DNA of 64,000 nucleotides from NCBI RefSeq assembly GCF_054482595.1, contig NZ_CM137008.1; one strand, 5' to 3'. Shown piece by piece: positions 9,010 to 19,685 of this stretch (position 1 is its first letter; each line of letters starts with the position of its first letter). The notes under the pieces were generated by a model. It saw only the letters and a program-made list of their open reading frames with translations, ran no database searches and was not told where the DNA came from. The position numbers and the translations under genes were made by a program.

Positions 9010-11645
9010 TGTTTTTCCTCACACTCTTTTCCTGATGGGCAGCCAGTTTCCGGTAGCTGGGCATTCTGCTCCAGCCATAACTGGAGATTATCGCCAAAGC
9101 GTAAACTGCGCCATAACGTAAAAATATTCTCTTCATGGTGATAATTAAGGTTTACCGTACCGCTTTTACCATCGACGCGACTGGTGCCCGAAATGTTGGC
9201 CTGCATGGTTAACACACCGAGATTATCTAAATTAATCCTTGTTGATGAGCGACTGATTTCCATATAACGCAACCAGTTGATGGCAGTTCCAGCGGTCATA
9301 TTGTCTTTGGCCACCGCATCTGCAGTGTCTTTATCCAGCCGCAAGGTCATTGGCCCGCTATTTGCCAGCCAACCATCTTTCACTATCCATTTTTCATTGT
9401 TCAGCCATAGTGGCAAGGCCCCACTGAATGCCCCGGACATGGCAAATTGTTTCGGATTGACGGCGCTAACCAGTTCGCTGGATGAGAGATTATTCAGCCG
9501 CAACAGCGCCGGGTCATGTTGCGGCATACGTAATTGTTTCATCAGCACGTTACCGCCTAACACATCGACGCTAACATCAGTCAACAGCAATGGTTCTTCT
9601 TCAGTCCACGGATAACGCCCTTGCAAATCAGCCGTAATATTTTTCGCTGTCACCAGATTAATCACTTCGGCAATTCGCAACGTAACGGGGCCGCGAGTCC
9701 CAAGATGCCAGGCTCCATCGGCAAAACGGAAAGGCAGGACAAAATCGACACCGTTAACCTGATTATCTGGCATCCAGGCACTACCGCCTTTCAACACGCC
9801 GTGCCCTCCCGCGCGGAATCCTTGTTCAGGCGCAGCAGAAAATGCAACCTGAGCATACAGTTCACCATCGCGTAAGTTCATCTTCCAGTCGGGTGGCACC
9901 AGCGGCTGGAATACAGTCAGTGATTGTTTAGGCCACCAGGCGTTACCGCGCAGACGAATACCGTCCCAGCGACCATTTACCCGAACCGGGCCAATCTCAC
10001 CAGCATGTAAATCGCCTTTAAAGAGGAAATACGTCGGATCGCGCCCATCGACGCTAAACTTTAAGGTTGATGGCGGTAACACACTGCCGCCAGTGAACAG
10101 CGTTTGCCCGGCGTCCAGTGACAGCGCGCCGCTGAAGGAGAGATGCTGTGCGTCACGTACCCAGACGACGGGCTTGTCGAGAATTAGTCGCGGCTTTTCT
10201 ACCGTCATCGTACCGTATTGTAACTGGTCGAAACCGGTGGAGAGGTCGGTCAGCGTAATCGTGCTGTCATGCCACTCACCTTTTCCTGCGACATCCCAGG
10301 TGGCATTCATCGGTGTAAAACTGCCTTTTCCCCAGTAGCGCCACTGCCAGCGGCCAGCGTCAGGGAGAAAATCATTCGCCAGCCCATCCATATGCAGCAC
10401 GAAATCGCCCAGTTCATTTTCATGCGCCTGCAAAATGGCCTGCAAACGTCCGTCAACACCACGTTGGGTGACTTTTACACCCGCTAAAGGCCAGCGGATT
10501 TCATCGATGTCCAGCGAATCGATGACTCTTCCCTTTGAACGAAGTAACGCGCCTGGCTCAAAGGTCAGCGTTGGGTCAGACAGACTTCCACTTACCTGCG
10601 CAGGTAAACGGGCATATAAAATGAGGTCCGCCTGTTTCGCTTCACCGGTCAGTTGCATAGGCAGCTGGCTGTTATCCATGCTTAATTTTCCTGGGCCAAA
10701 ATTTAGCACCGCGTTGCCCTTACCCGCTTGCCCCTGGGTCAGCACACTCAGTCGTCCGCTGACCAGAGCGTTCTCAAGCCCTGCCTGCCAGTTGTCGACT
10801 TTGACACCCAGTCGGCCACTCAAAGGAAAACCTGCATACGGCCAGCTCCAGCGACCATCGCTTACGGTCAATTGTTGACGCGTAATTTGCCACGGCAAAT
10901 CGAGCAACGGATCGCCGTTATCCCGTGCCAGCACAATCAATTGCCCGCTATTCTCCTGCCAGTCCAGCTCGGCATCTACCAGTGACGGTTCCTGCGGCAA
11001 GTTTAACGTCGCAGTAGCATGACCACTTACAGGAAGTCCATCCGGCACGAGCGGCATAGTAAATTCCCCCACCAGTTTAACCGGCGGCTGATTTTCAAAC
11101 GCGACGACATCCAGTTCGCTGACTGTAAGTTGTTGCCCTTTCAGCTGGCCTTGAAATTTAACTTTTTCGCCCTGATAACGCAGTTGCTGGATATCGGAGG
11201 TTAATGCGAGAGAGAGTTTTCCCTGCCATTCCTGCCAGGGAGAAAAAATCAGTTTATCGATATTGATCCAGGTGTTAGGCAGCATGGACTGCCATTGCGC
11301 GAGGGTTTTTGGAGCAGCTGGCGATTGCTCCGTCTGCGGCAATTTCGCCAGACAAGCAGAATCAAGTTCTACCGTGCCGACGTTCAATAACCAGCGGCTG
11401 GGATGTGAAAGGCTGGCGTTGGTGATATGCGCAAGCTGACAATCTCCCACCAGATAACGGAGATCGGGAATGATTAAACCTTTACGCGTAATGCGTGGGC
11501 TTTCATCTAATGCAATACGTGTCCCGAGCGGTAGCCAGATGCCCGCCAGCGTGGGAACCCACAGCCCGAGCGTCATCAGCAGCGTCAACGGCACAAGAAT
11601 AATCAGTAATAACAGCGCGAGAACGGCTTTATATTTACCCAGCAT
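9006..11645 (-). CDS. ydbH: AsmA-like family protein (inner-membrane anchored, periplasm-spanning)
   Basis: 879 aa; N-terminal TM segment (LALLLLIILVPLTLLMTLGLWVPTLAGIW); synteny next to ldhA. Confidence 0.9.
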   Translation of the reverse strand: MLGKYKAVLALLLLIILVPLTLLMTLGLWVPTLAGIWLPLGTRIALDESPRITRKGLIIPDLRYLVGDCQLAHITNASLSHPSRWLLNVGTVELDSACLAKLPQTEQSPAAPKTLAQWQSMLPNTWINIDKLIFSPWQEWQGKLSLALTSDIQQLRYQGEKVKFQGQLKGQQLTVSELDVVAFENQPPVKLVGEFTMPLVPDGLPVSGHATATLNLPQEPSLVDAELDWQENSGQLIVLARDNGDPLLDLPWQITRQQLTVSDGRWSWPYAGFPLSGRLGVKVDNWQAGLENALVSGRLSVLTQGQAGKGNAVLNFGPGKLSMDNSQLPMQLTGEAKQADLILYARLPAQVSGSLSDPTLTFEPGALLRSKGRVIDSLDIDEIRWPLAGVKVTQRGVDGRLQAILQAHENELGDFVLHMDGLANDFLPDAGRWQWRYWGKGSFTPMNATWDVAGKGEWHDSTITLTDLSTGFDQLQYGTMTVEKPRLILDKPVVWVRDAQHLSFSGALSLDAGQTLFTGGSVLPPSTLKFSVDGRDPTYFLFKGDLHAGEIGPVRVNGRWDGIRLRGNAWWPKQSLTVFQPLVPPDWKMNLRDGELYAQVAFSAAPEQGFRAGGHGVLKGGSAWMPDNQVNGVDFVLPFRFADGAWHLGTRGPVTLRIAEVINLVTAKNITADLQGRYPWTEEEPLLLTDVSVDVLGGNVLMKQLRMPQHDPALLRLNNLSSSELVSAVNPKQFAMSGAFSGALPLWLNNEKWIVKDGWLANSGPMTLRLDKDTADAVAKDNMTAGTAINWLRYMEISRSSTRINLDNLGVLTMQANISGTSRVDGKSGTVNLNYHHEENIFTLWRSLRFGDNLQLWLEQNAQLPETGCPSGKECEEKQ

Positions 11646-11852
11646 GGGTAGTTAATATCCTGATTTAGCGAAAAATTAAGCATTCAATACGGGTATTGTG
11701 GCATGTTTAACCGTTCAGTTGAAGGTTGCGCCTACACTAAGCATAGTTGTTGATGAATTTTTCAATATCGCCATAGCTTTCAATTATATTTGAAATTTTG
11801 TAAAATATTTTTAGTAGCTTAAATGTGATTCAACATCACTGGAGAAAGTCTT

Positions 11853-12842
11853 ATGAAACTCGCCGTTTATAGCACAAAACAGTACGACAAGAAGTACCTG
11901 CAACAGGTGAACGAGTCCTTTGGCTTTGAGCTGGAATTTTTTGACTTTCTGCTGACGGAAAAAACCGCTAAAACCGCCAATGGATGCGAAGCGGTATGTA
12001 TTTTCGTAAACGATGACGGAAGCCGCCCGGTGCTGGAAGAGCTGAAAAAGCACGGCGTTAAATATATCGCCCTGCGCTGTGCCGGTTTCAATAACGTCGA
12101 CCTTGACGCGGCAAAAGAACTGGGGCTGAAAGTAGTTCGTGTTCCAGCCTATGATCCAGAAGCCGTTGCTGAACACGCCATCGGTATGATGATGACGCTG
12201 AACCGCCGTATTCACCGCGCGTATCAGCGTACCCGTGACGCTAACTTCTCTCTGGAAGGTCTGACCGGCTTTACTATGTATGGCAAAACGGCAGGCGTTA
12301 TCGGTACCGGTAAAATCGGTGTGGCGATGCTGCGCATTCTGAAAGGTTTTGGTATGCGTCTGCTGGCGTTCGATCCGTATCCAAGTGCAGCGGCGCTGGA
12401 ACTCGGTGTGGAGTATGTCGATCTGCCAACCCTGTTCTCTGAATCAGACGTTATCTCTCTGCACTGCCCGCTGACACCGGAAAACTACCATCTGTTGAAC
12501 GAAGCCGCCTTTGATCAGATGAAAAATGGCGTGATGATCGTCAATACCAGTCGCGGTGCATTGATTGATTCTCAGGCGGCAATTGAAGCGCTGAAAAATC
12601 AGAAAATTGGTTCGTTGGGTATGGACGTCTATGAGAACGAACGCGATCTGTTCTTTGAAGATAAATCCAACGACGTGATCCAGGATGACGTATTCCGTCG
12701 CCTGTCTGCATGCCACAACGTGCTGTTTACCGGGCACCAGGCATTCCTGACAGCAGAAGCTCTGACCAGTATTTCTCAGACTACGCTGCAAAACTTAAGC
12801 AATCTGGAAAAAGGCGAAACCTGCCCGAACGAACTGGTTTAA
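11853..12842 (+). CDS. ldhA: Fermentative D-lactate dehydrogenase
   Basis: 329 aa; NAD-binding GVIGTGKIG; sequence recognised as LdhA. Confidence 0.95.
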   Translation: MKLAVYSTKQYDKKYLQQVNESFGFELEFFDFLLTEKTAKTANGCEAVCIFVNDDGSRPVLEELKKHGVKYIALRCAGFNNVDLDAAKELGLKVVRVPAYDPEAVAEHAIGMMMTLNRRIHRAYQRTRDANFSLEGLTGFTMYGKTAGVIGTGKIGVAMLRILKGFGMRLLAFDPYPSAAALELGVEYVDLPTLFSESDVISLHCPLTPENYHLLNEAAFDQMKNGVMIVNTSRGALIDSQAAIEALKNQKIGSLGMDVYENERDLFFEDKSNDVIQDDVFRRLSACHNVLFTGHQAFLTAEALTSISQTTLQNLSNLEKGETCPNELV

Positions 12843-12847
12843 TCTTG

Positions 12848-12872
12848 CCGCTCCCCTGCAATCCAGGGGAGC
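12848..12872 (+). terminator. Possible terminator hairpin after ldhA
   Basis: Stem gctcccctg / caggggagc immediately after the stop; weak U-tract. Confidence 0.35.
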
Positions 12873-12952
12873 TGATTCAGATAATCCCCAATGACCTTTC
12901 ATCCTCTATTCTTAAAATAGTCCTGAGTCAGAAACTGTAATTGAGAACCACA

Positions 12953-13375
12953 ATGAAGAAAGTAGCCGCGTTTGTTGCGCTAAGCCTGCTGATGGCGGGA
13001 TGTGTAAGTAATGACAAAATTGCTGTAACGCCAGAACAGCTACAGCATCATCGCTTTGTGCTGGAAAGCGTAAACGGTAAGCCCGTGACCAGCGATAAAA
13101 ATCCGCCAGAAATCAGCTTTGGTGAAAAAATGATGATTTCCGGCAGCATGTGTAACCGCTTTAGCGGTGAAGGCAAACTGTCTAATGGTGAACTGACAGC
13201 CAAAGGGCTGGCAATGACCCGTATGATGTGCGCTAACCCGCAGCTTAATGAACTCGATAACACCATTAGCGAAATGCTGAAAGAAGGTGCACAAGTGGAT
13301 CTGACCGCGAACCAGTTAACGCTGGCGACCGCGAAACAGACATTAACTTATAAGCTGGCGGATTTAATGAATTAA
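12953..13375 (+). CDS. hslJ: Heat-shock lipoprotein HslJ
   Basis: ORF track 12941..13375; start at MKKVAAFVALSLLMAGC (lipobox) gives 140 aa. Confidence 0.9.
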   Translation: MKKVAAFVALSLLMAGCVSNDKIAVTPEQLQHHRFVLESVNGKPVTSDKNPPEISFGEKMMISGSMCNRFSGEGKLSNGELTAKGLAMTRMMCANPQLNELDNTISEMLKEGAQVDLTANQLTLATAKQTLTYKLADLMN

Positions 13376-13638
13376 TAGCTGCCACAGCTCCCGGCGGCAA
13401 GTGACTGTTCACTACAGCGTTTGCCGTTGGGTAATGCACACATCCCAATCGCCGTACCATCCAGTTGACGGGCAACAGAAAGCGAACCGCCGATCATTGC
13501 ACAATTTGCTTCTCCACTACTGGACATCGACGCTTTTAAACCTGGCGCTACGTGCGCCGCAGTCGCCTGCTGAACAGGCTCACTACTACACGCCGACAAC
13601 AATAAAGCGGCACCCCCTACCCAAAACGCTGCTCGCAT
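13372..13638 (-). CDS. ydbJ: DUF333 lipoprotein
   Basis: 88 aa; lipobox LLSAC; convergent with hslJ. Confidence 0.8.
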   Translation of the reverse strand: MRAAFWVGGAALLLSACSSEPVQQATAAHVAPGLKASMSSSGEANCAMIGGSLSVARQLDGTAIGMCALPNGKRCSEQSLAAGSCGSY

Positions 13639-13911
13639 CTCTTCTTCCTCTAATCTTCAAGCCAAACGACACCGCCATAAATAATAGGCAGCACAGAGGG
13701 CGGCGTCGAGAGCTGTCCTGCGCGTTGCCCCGCATTTTTACTTTTTTTTGGCTATTTTTTTGCCCTCTGTTTGATCAAAACATTCATTACTCTGATGTGG
13801 GGGACACAAAAGCGAAAATGCAGAAGAAAGCCATTTGCTAAAATTGAAGGATTACTACTGGGCGCGCAGCAATTTCGTGCGCCCCTCATTTGCGCAATGT
13901 AAGGGTGTCAT

Positions 13912-16900
13912 ATGATTACTATTGACGGTAATGGCGCGGTTGCTTCGGTGGCGTTTCGCACCAGTGAAGTTATCGCCATCTACCCTATTACCCCCAGTTC
14001 CACGATGGCAGAACAGGCTGATGCCTGGGCCGGAAACGGCTTGAAGAACGTTTGGGGAGACACACCACGCGTGGTTGAAATGCAGTCGGAGGCGGGTGCT
14101 ATCGCTACCGTGCATGGCGCTTTGCAGACGGGTGCCCTTTCAACATCGTTTACGTCATCGCAGGGTTTGCTGCTGATGATCCCGACGCTGTACAAACTGG
14201 CAGGCGAACTCACACCGTTTGTCCTGCATGTAGCGGCACGTACCGTTGCCACACATGCACTTTCTATTTTTGGCGATCATTCCGACGTCATGGCGGTGCG
14301 CCAGACGGGTTGCGCGATGTTGTGTGCGGCAAACGTCCAGGAAGCGCAAGACTTTGCTCTCATTTCGCACATCGCGACGCTGAAAAGCCGCGTGCCATTT
14401 ATTCATTTCTTTGATGGTTTCCGTACGTCCCACGAAATCAACAAAATTGTCCCGCTGGCCGATGACACTATTCTTGATCTCATGCCGCAGGCCGAAATTG
14501 ATGCTCATCGCGCCCGGGCGCTCAACCCGGAACATCCGGTGATCCGCGGTACGTCAGCCAATCCTGACACTTATTTCCAGTCTCGCGAAGCCACCAACCC
14601 ATGGTACAACGCGGTCTATGACCATGTTGAACAGGCGATGAATGATTTCTCTGCCGCGACAGGTCGTCAGTATCAGCCGTTTGAATATTACGGGCATCCG
14701 CAAGCGGAACGGGTGATTATCCTGATGGGCTCTGCCATTGGCACCTGTGAAGAAGTGGTTGATGAATTGCTAACCCGTGGCGAAAAAGTTGGCGTGCTGA
14801 AAGTTCGCCTGTACCGTCCCTTCTCCGCCAAACACTTGCTGCAAGCTCTGCCGGGATCCGTACGCAGCGTGGCGGTACTGGACAGAACCAAAGAACCCGG
14901 TGCCCAGGCAGAACCGCTCTATCTGGATGTAATGACCGCACTGGCAGAAGCCTTTAATAATGGCGAGCGCGAAACTCTGCCCCGTGTCATTGGTGGGCGC
15001 TATGGTCTTTCATCCAAAGAATTTGGCCCGGACTGTGTACTGGCGGTATTTGCCGAGCTCAACGCGGCTAAACCGAAAGCGCGCTTTACGGTTGGTATTT
15101 ACGATGATGTGACCAATCTGTCACTGCCGTTGCCGGAAAACACCCTGCCAAACTCGGCGAAACTGGAAGCCTTGTTTTATGGCCTTGGTAGTGATGGCAG
15201 CGTTTCCGCGACCAAAAACAATATCAAGATTATCGGTAATTCCACGCCGTGGTACGCACAGGGTTATTTTGTTTACGACTCCAAAAAGGCGGGCGGCCTG
15301 ACGGTTTCTCACCTTCGCGTGAGCGAACAGCCGATTCGTTCCGCTTATCTCATTTCCCAGGCTGATTTTGTTGGCTGCCACCAGTTGCAGTTTATCGATA
15401 AATATCAGATGGCTGAGCGTTTAAAACCTGGCGGCATTTTCCTGCTTAATACGCCGTACAGCGCAGATGAAGTGTGGTCGCGCTTGCCGCAAGAAGTTCA
15501 GGCCGTGTTAAACCAGAAAAAAGCGCGCTTCTATGTAATTAACGCAGCGAAAATCGCCCGCGAATGTGGCCTGGCGGCCCGTATTAATACCGTCATGCAG
15601 ATGGCTTTTTTCCATCTGACGCAAATTCTGCCTGGCGATAGCGCCCTCGCAGAATTGCAGGGTGCGATTGCCAAAAGTTACAGTAGCAAAGGCCAGGATC
15701 TGGTGGAACGCAACTGGCAGGCTCTGGCGCTGGCGCGTGAATCCGTAGAAGAAGTTCCGTTGCAACCGGTAAATCCGCACAGCGCCAATCGACCGCCAGT
15801 GGTTTCCGATGCCGCCCCTGATTTCGTGAAAACCGTAACCGCGGCGATGCTCGCCGGGCTTGGTGATGCCCTCCCCGTTTCGGCGCTGCCGCCAGACGGC
15901 ACCTGGCCGATGGGCACCACTCGCTGGGAAAAACGCAATATCGCCGAAGAGATCCCCATCTGGAAAGAGGAACTCTGTACCCAATGTAACCACTGCGTCG
16001 CCGCTTGCCCACACTCAGCTATTCGCGCAAAAGTGGTACCGCCTGAAGCGATGGAAAACGCCCCTGCCAGCCTGCATTCGCTGGATGTGAAATCGCGTGA
16101 TATGCGCGGGCAGAAATATGTCTTGCAGGTGGCTCCAGAAGATTGCACCGGTTGTAACCTGTGCGTCGAAGTTTGCCCGGCGAAAGACCGTCAGAATCCA
16201 GAGATTAAAGCCATCAATATGATGTCGCGCCTGGAACATGTCGAAGAAGAGAAAATCAATTACGATTTCTTCCTCAACCTGCCAGAAATCGACCGTAGCA
16301 AACTGGAACGTATTGATATTCGTACATCGCAGCTGATTACACCACTGTTTGAATATTCCGGTGCTTGCTCCGGTTGTGGCGAGACGCCGTATATTAAATT
16401 GCTGACTCAGCTCTATGGCGACCGGATGTTGATCGCTAACGCCACCGGCTGTTCTTCAATTTATGGCGGTAACCTGCCCTCTACACCGTATACCACCGAT
16501 GCCAACGGTCGTGGGCCGGCATGGGCGAACTCTCTATTTGAAGATAATGCCGAATTTGGCCTTGGTTTCCGCCTGACGGTCGATCAACACCGTGTCCGCG
16601 TGCTGCGTCTGCTGGATCAATTTGCCGATAAAATCCCGGCGGAATTACTGACGGCGTTGAAATCAGACGCCACGCCAGAGGTTCGTCGTGAACAGGTTGC
16701 AGCTTTACGCCAGCAACTCAATGATGTTGCCGAAGCACATGAACTGCTGCGTGACGCAGATGCACTGGTGGAAAAATCAATCTGGCTGATTGGTGGCGAC
16801 GGCTGGGCTTACGATATCGGCTTTGGCGGTCTGGATCATGTATTGAGTTTGACGGAAAACGTCAACATTCTGGTGCTGGATACGCAATGCTATTCCAACA

Positions 16901-17436
16901 CCGGTGGTCAGGCGTCGAAAGCGACACCGCTGGGTGCAGTAACTAAATTTGGCGAGCACGGCAAACGTAAAGCGCGTAAAGATCTTGGCGTCAGTATGAT
17001 GATGTACGGTCATGTTTATGTGGCGCAGATTTCTCTCGGCGCGCAACTGAACCAGACGGTGAAAGCGATTCAGGAAGCGGAAGCGTATCCGGGACCATCG
17101 CTGATCATTGCTTATAGCCCGTGTGAAGAGCATGGTTACGATCTGGCACTCAGCCATGACCAGATGCGCCAACTCACAGCTACCGGCTTCTGGCCGCTAT
17201 ATCGCTTCGATCCGCGTCGTGCCGATGAAGGCAAACTGCCGCTGGCGCTGGATTCACGCCCGCCGTCAGAAGCACTGGAAGAAACGTTACTTCACGAGCA
17301 ACGTTTCCGTCGTCTGAATTCGCAGCAGCCAGAAGTGGCAGAACAGTTATGGAAAGATGCTGCAGCTGATTTGCAAAAACGCTATGACTTCCTGGCACAA
17401 ATGGCCGGAAAAGCGGAAAAAAGCAACACCGATTAA
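13912..17436 (+). CDS. pfo: Pyruvate:flavodoxin/ferredoxin oxidoreductase
   Basis: 1174 aa; two 4Fe-4S motifs CTQCNHCVAACP and CTGCNLCVEVCP; TPP-binding region GDGWAYDIGFGG. Confidence 0.95.
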   Translation: MITIDGNGAVASVAFRTSEVIAIYPITPSSTMAEQADAWAGNGLKNVWGDTPRVVEMQSEAGAIATVHGALQTGALSTSFTSSQGLLLMIPTLYKLAGELTPFVLHVAARTVATHALSIFGDHSDVMAVRQTGCAMLCAANVQEAQDFALISHIATLKSRVPFIHFFDGFRTSHEINKIVPLADDTILDLMPQAEIDAHRARALNPEHPVIRGTSANPDTYFQSREATNPWYNAVYDHVEQAMNDFSAATGRQYQPFEYYGHPQAERVIILMGSAIGTCEEVVDELLTRGEKVGVLKVRLYRPFSAKHLLQALPGSVRSVAVLDRTKEPGAQAEPLYLDVMTALAEAFNNGERETLPRVIGGRYGLSSKEFGPDCVLAVFAELNAAKPKARFTVGIYDDVTNLSLPLPENTLPNSAKLEALFYGLGSDGSVSATKNNIKIIGNSTPWYAQGYFVYDSKKAGGLTVSHLRVSEQPIRSAYLISQADFVGCHQLQFIDKYQMAERLKPGGIFLLNTPYSADEVWSRLPQEVQAVLNQKKARFYVINAAKIARECGLAARINTVMQMAFFHLTQILPGDSALAELQGAIAKSYSSKGQDLVERNWQALALARESVEEVPLQPVNPHSANRPPVVSDAAPDFVKTVTAAMLAGLGDALPVSALPPDGTWPMGTTRWEKRNIAEEIPIWKEELCTQCNHCVAACPHSAIRAKVVPPEAMENAPASLHSLDVKSRDMRGQKYVLQVAPEDCTGCNLCVEVCPAKDRQNPEIKAINMMSRLEHVEEEKINYDFFLNLPEIDRSKLERIDIRTSQLITPLFEYSGACSGCGETPYIKLLTQLYGDRMLIANATGCSSIYGGNLPSTPYTTDANGRGPAWANSLFEDNAEFGLGFRLTVDQHRVRVLRLLDQFADKIPAELLTALKSDATPEVRREQVAALRQQLNDVAEAHELLRDADALVEKSIWLIGGDGWAYDIGFGGLDHVLSLTENVNILVLDTQCYSNTGGQASKATPLGAVTKFGEHGKRKARKDLGVSMMMYGHVYVAQISLGAQLNQTVKAIQEAEAYPGPSLIIAYSPCEEHGYDLALSHDQMRQLTATGFWPLYRFDPRRADEGKLPLALDSRPPSEALEETLLHEQRFRRLNSQQPEVAEQLWKDAAADLQKRYDFLAQMAGKAEKSNTD

Positions 17437-17464
17437 ATGCTCTGGATAAGGATTATCCAATTCT

Positions 17465-17502
17465 AAAAAAAAGCCCGGACGACTGTTCGGGCTTGTCTTT
17501 TT
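17465..17502. terminator. Bidirectional intrinsic terminator shared by pfo (+) and MicC (-)
   Basis: aaaaaaaa-gcccggacgactgttcgggc-ttgtcttttt: hairpin flanked by A-run and T-run. Confidence 0.7.
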
Positions 17503-17574
17503 ATATGTTGGAAAATCAGTGGCAATGCAATGGCCCAACAGAAAATAAAATCTGTGACAATAAAGGCATATAAC
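17465..17574 (-). ncRNA. micC: MicC small RNA (OmpC-repressing)
   Basis: Reverse complement reads GTTATATGCCTTTATTGTCACAGATTTTATTTTCTGTTGGGCCATTGCATTGCC...GTCCGGGCTTTTTTT, matching recalled MicC; located between ompN and pfo as in K-12. Confidence 0.85.
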
Positions 17575-17801
17575 CCGCGCAGAATAACGTATAGAAAATT
17601 AAAAGTATAATTTTTATTTTGTATGTATTATCTTCGATACATTCACCAGACTTATTATCATTTCAGAGGAATTATTTGATTAAGGTTTTACTTAAGGCGT
17701 AACAAATGATATTTATCAGCTAACTGAACTTCTCCTTTAGGATGTTTTCACTCCCCGAAATGGGGATAAAAGGCAAATAAAATAACTAAAGGATTTATTC
17801 A

Positions 17802-18935
17802 ATGAAAAGCAAAGTACTGGCACTTTTAATTCCTGCCCTGCTCGCCGCAGGTGCTGCACATGCAGCCGAAGTTTATAATAAAGACGGCAACAAATTAGAT
17901 CTGTATGGCAAAGTTGATGGCCTGCATTATTTTTCTGATAATTCAGCGAAAGATGGCGACCAGAGCTATGCGCGTCTGGGTTTTAAAGGCGAAACCCAAA
18001 TTAACGATCAACTTACTGGCTACGGTCAATGGGAATACAATATTCAGGCAAACAACACTGAATCTTCAAAAAACCAGTCATGGACCCGTCTGGCATTTGC
18101 CGGACTGAAATTTGCAGATTACGGTTCTTTCGATTACGGACGTAATTATGGCGTAATGTACGACATCGAAGGCTGGACCGATATGCTGCCTGAATTTGGC
18201 GGTGACTCTTATACCAATGCAGACAACTTTATGACTGGTCGAGCCAATGGCGTCGCGACTTATCGTAATACTGATTTCTTCGGTCTGGTAAATGGTCTGA
18301 ACTTCGCGGTGCAGTATCAAGGTAACAACGAAGGAGCCAGTAATGGTCAGGAAGGCACCAACAACGGACGTGATGTTCGCCATGAAAACGGTGACGGCTG
18401 GGGTCTTTCCACAACATATGATTTAGGCATGGGCTTTAGCGCTGGTGCGGCATACACATCTTCTGACCGCACCAATGACCAGGTTAACCATACTGCGGCG
18501 GGTGGTGATAAAGCAGACGCGTGGACTGCTGGGCTAAAATACGATGCTAACAATATTTACCTGGCAACCATGTATTCAGAAACGCGTAATATGACCCCGT
18601 TTGGCGACAGCGATTATGCTGTTGCAAACAAAACCCAGAACTTTGAAGTCACTGCACAGTACCAGTTTGATTTTGGTCTGCGTCCGGCAGTCTCTTTCCT
18701 GATGTCTAAAGGCCGTGACCTGCACGCTGCCGGTGGTGCAGACAACCCGGCAGGTGTTGATGATAAAGATCTGGTTAAATACGCCGATGTTGGCGCGACT
18801 TACTATTTCAATAAAAACATGTCCACCTATGTTGACTATAAAATCAACCTGTTGGATGAAGATGACAGTTTCTACGCTGCCAACGGCATCTCTACCGATG
18901 ATATTGTCGCTTTAGGTCTGGTTTATCAGTTCTAA
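17802..18935 (+). CDS. ompN: Outer membrane porin OmpN
   Basis: 377 aa; signal peptide; general porin sequence ending ...LGLVYQF. Confidence 0.9.
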   Translation: MKSKVLALLIPALLAAGAAHAAEVYNKDGNKLDLYGKVDGLHYFSDNSAKDGDQSYARLGFKGETQINDQLTGYGQWEYNIQANNTESSKNQSWTRLAFAGLKFADYGSFDYGRNYGVMYDIEGWTDMLPEFGGDSYTNADNFMTGRANGVATYRNTDFFGLVNGLNFAVQYQGNNEGASNGQEGTNNGRDVRHENGDGWGLSTTYDLGMGFSAGAAYTSSDRTNDQVNHTAAGGDKADAWTAGLKYDANNIYLATMYSETRNMTPFGDSDYAVANKTQNFEVTAQYQFDFGLRPAVSFLMSKGRDLHAAGGADNPAGVDDKDLVKYADVGATYYFNKNMSTYVDYKINLLDEDDSFYAANGISTDDIVALGLVYQF

Positions 18936-18943
18936 ATCCTCCT

Positions 18944-18967
18944 GCCCGCTGTTATGGCGGGCTTTTT
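18944..18967 (+). terminator. Intrinsic terminator after ompN
   Basis: gcccgctgttatggcgggc followed by ttttt. Confidence 0.65.
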
Positions 18968-18994
18968 CTGCTTATTCTTCCTCCTTTGATCTAA

Positions 18995-19510
<516 letters not shown>

Positions 19511-19516
19511 CACTAA

Positions 19517-19541
19517 CGCCCGCACATTGCTGCGGGCTTTT
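19517..19541 (+). terminator. Intrinsic terminator after uspF
   Basis: gcccgcacattgctgcgggc followed by ttttt. Confidence 0.65.
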
Positions 19542-19685
19542 TGATTCATTTCGCAAATGTGCTGACATTTTCCCCTCTAATCCGTACCATACACGCCACA
19601 GTTTTTATATCAGATTTCTTATGCTGGGCGTTCCGGCATGACGCATACTCTTCTGATGCCATATAACGAATTGAGTCGCTTTTAA

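Noticed and set aside
15508-16148. Several 140-170-aa minus-strand ORFs inside pfo
   Set aside because: Overlap the well-supported 1174-aa pfo ORF on the opposite strand; typical antisense ORFs of a GC-rich gene.
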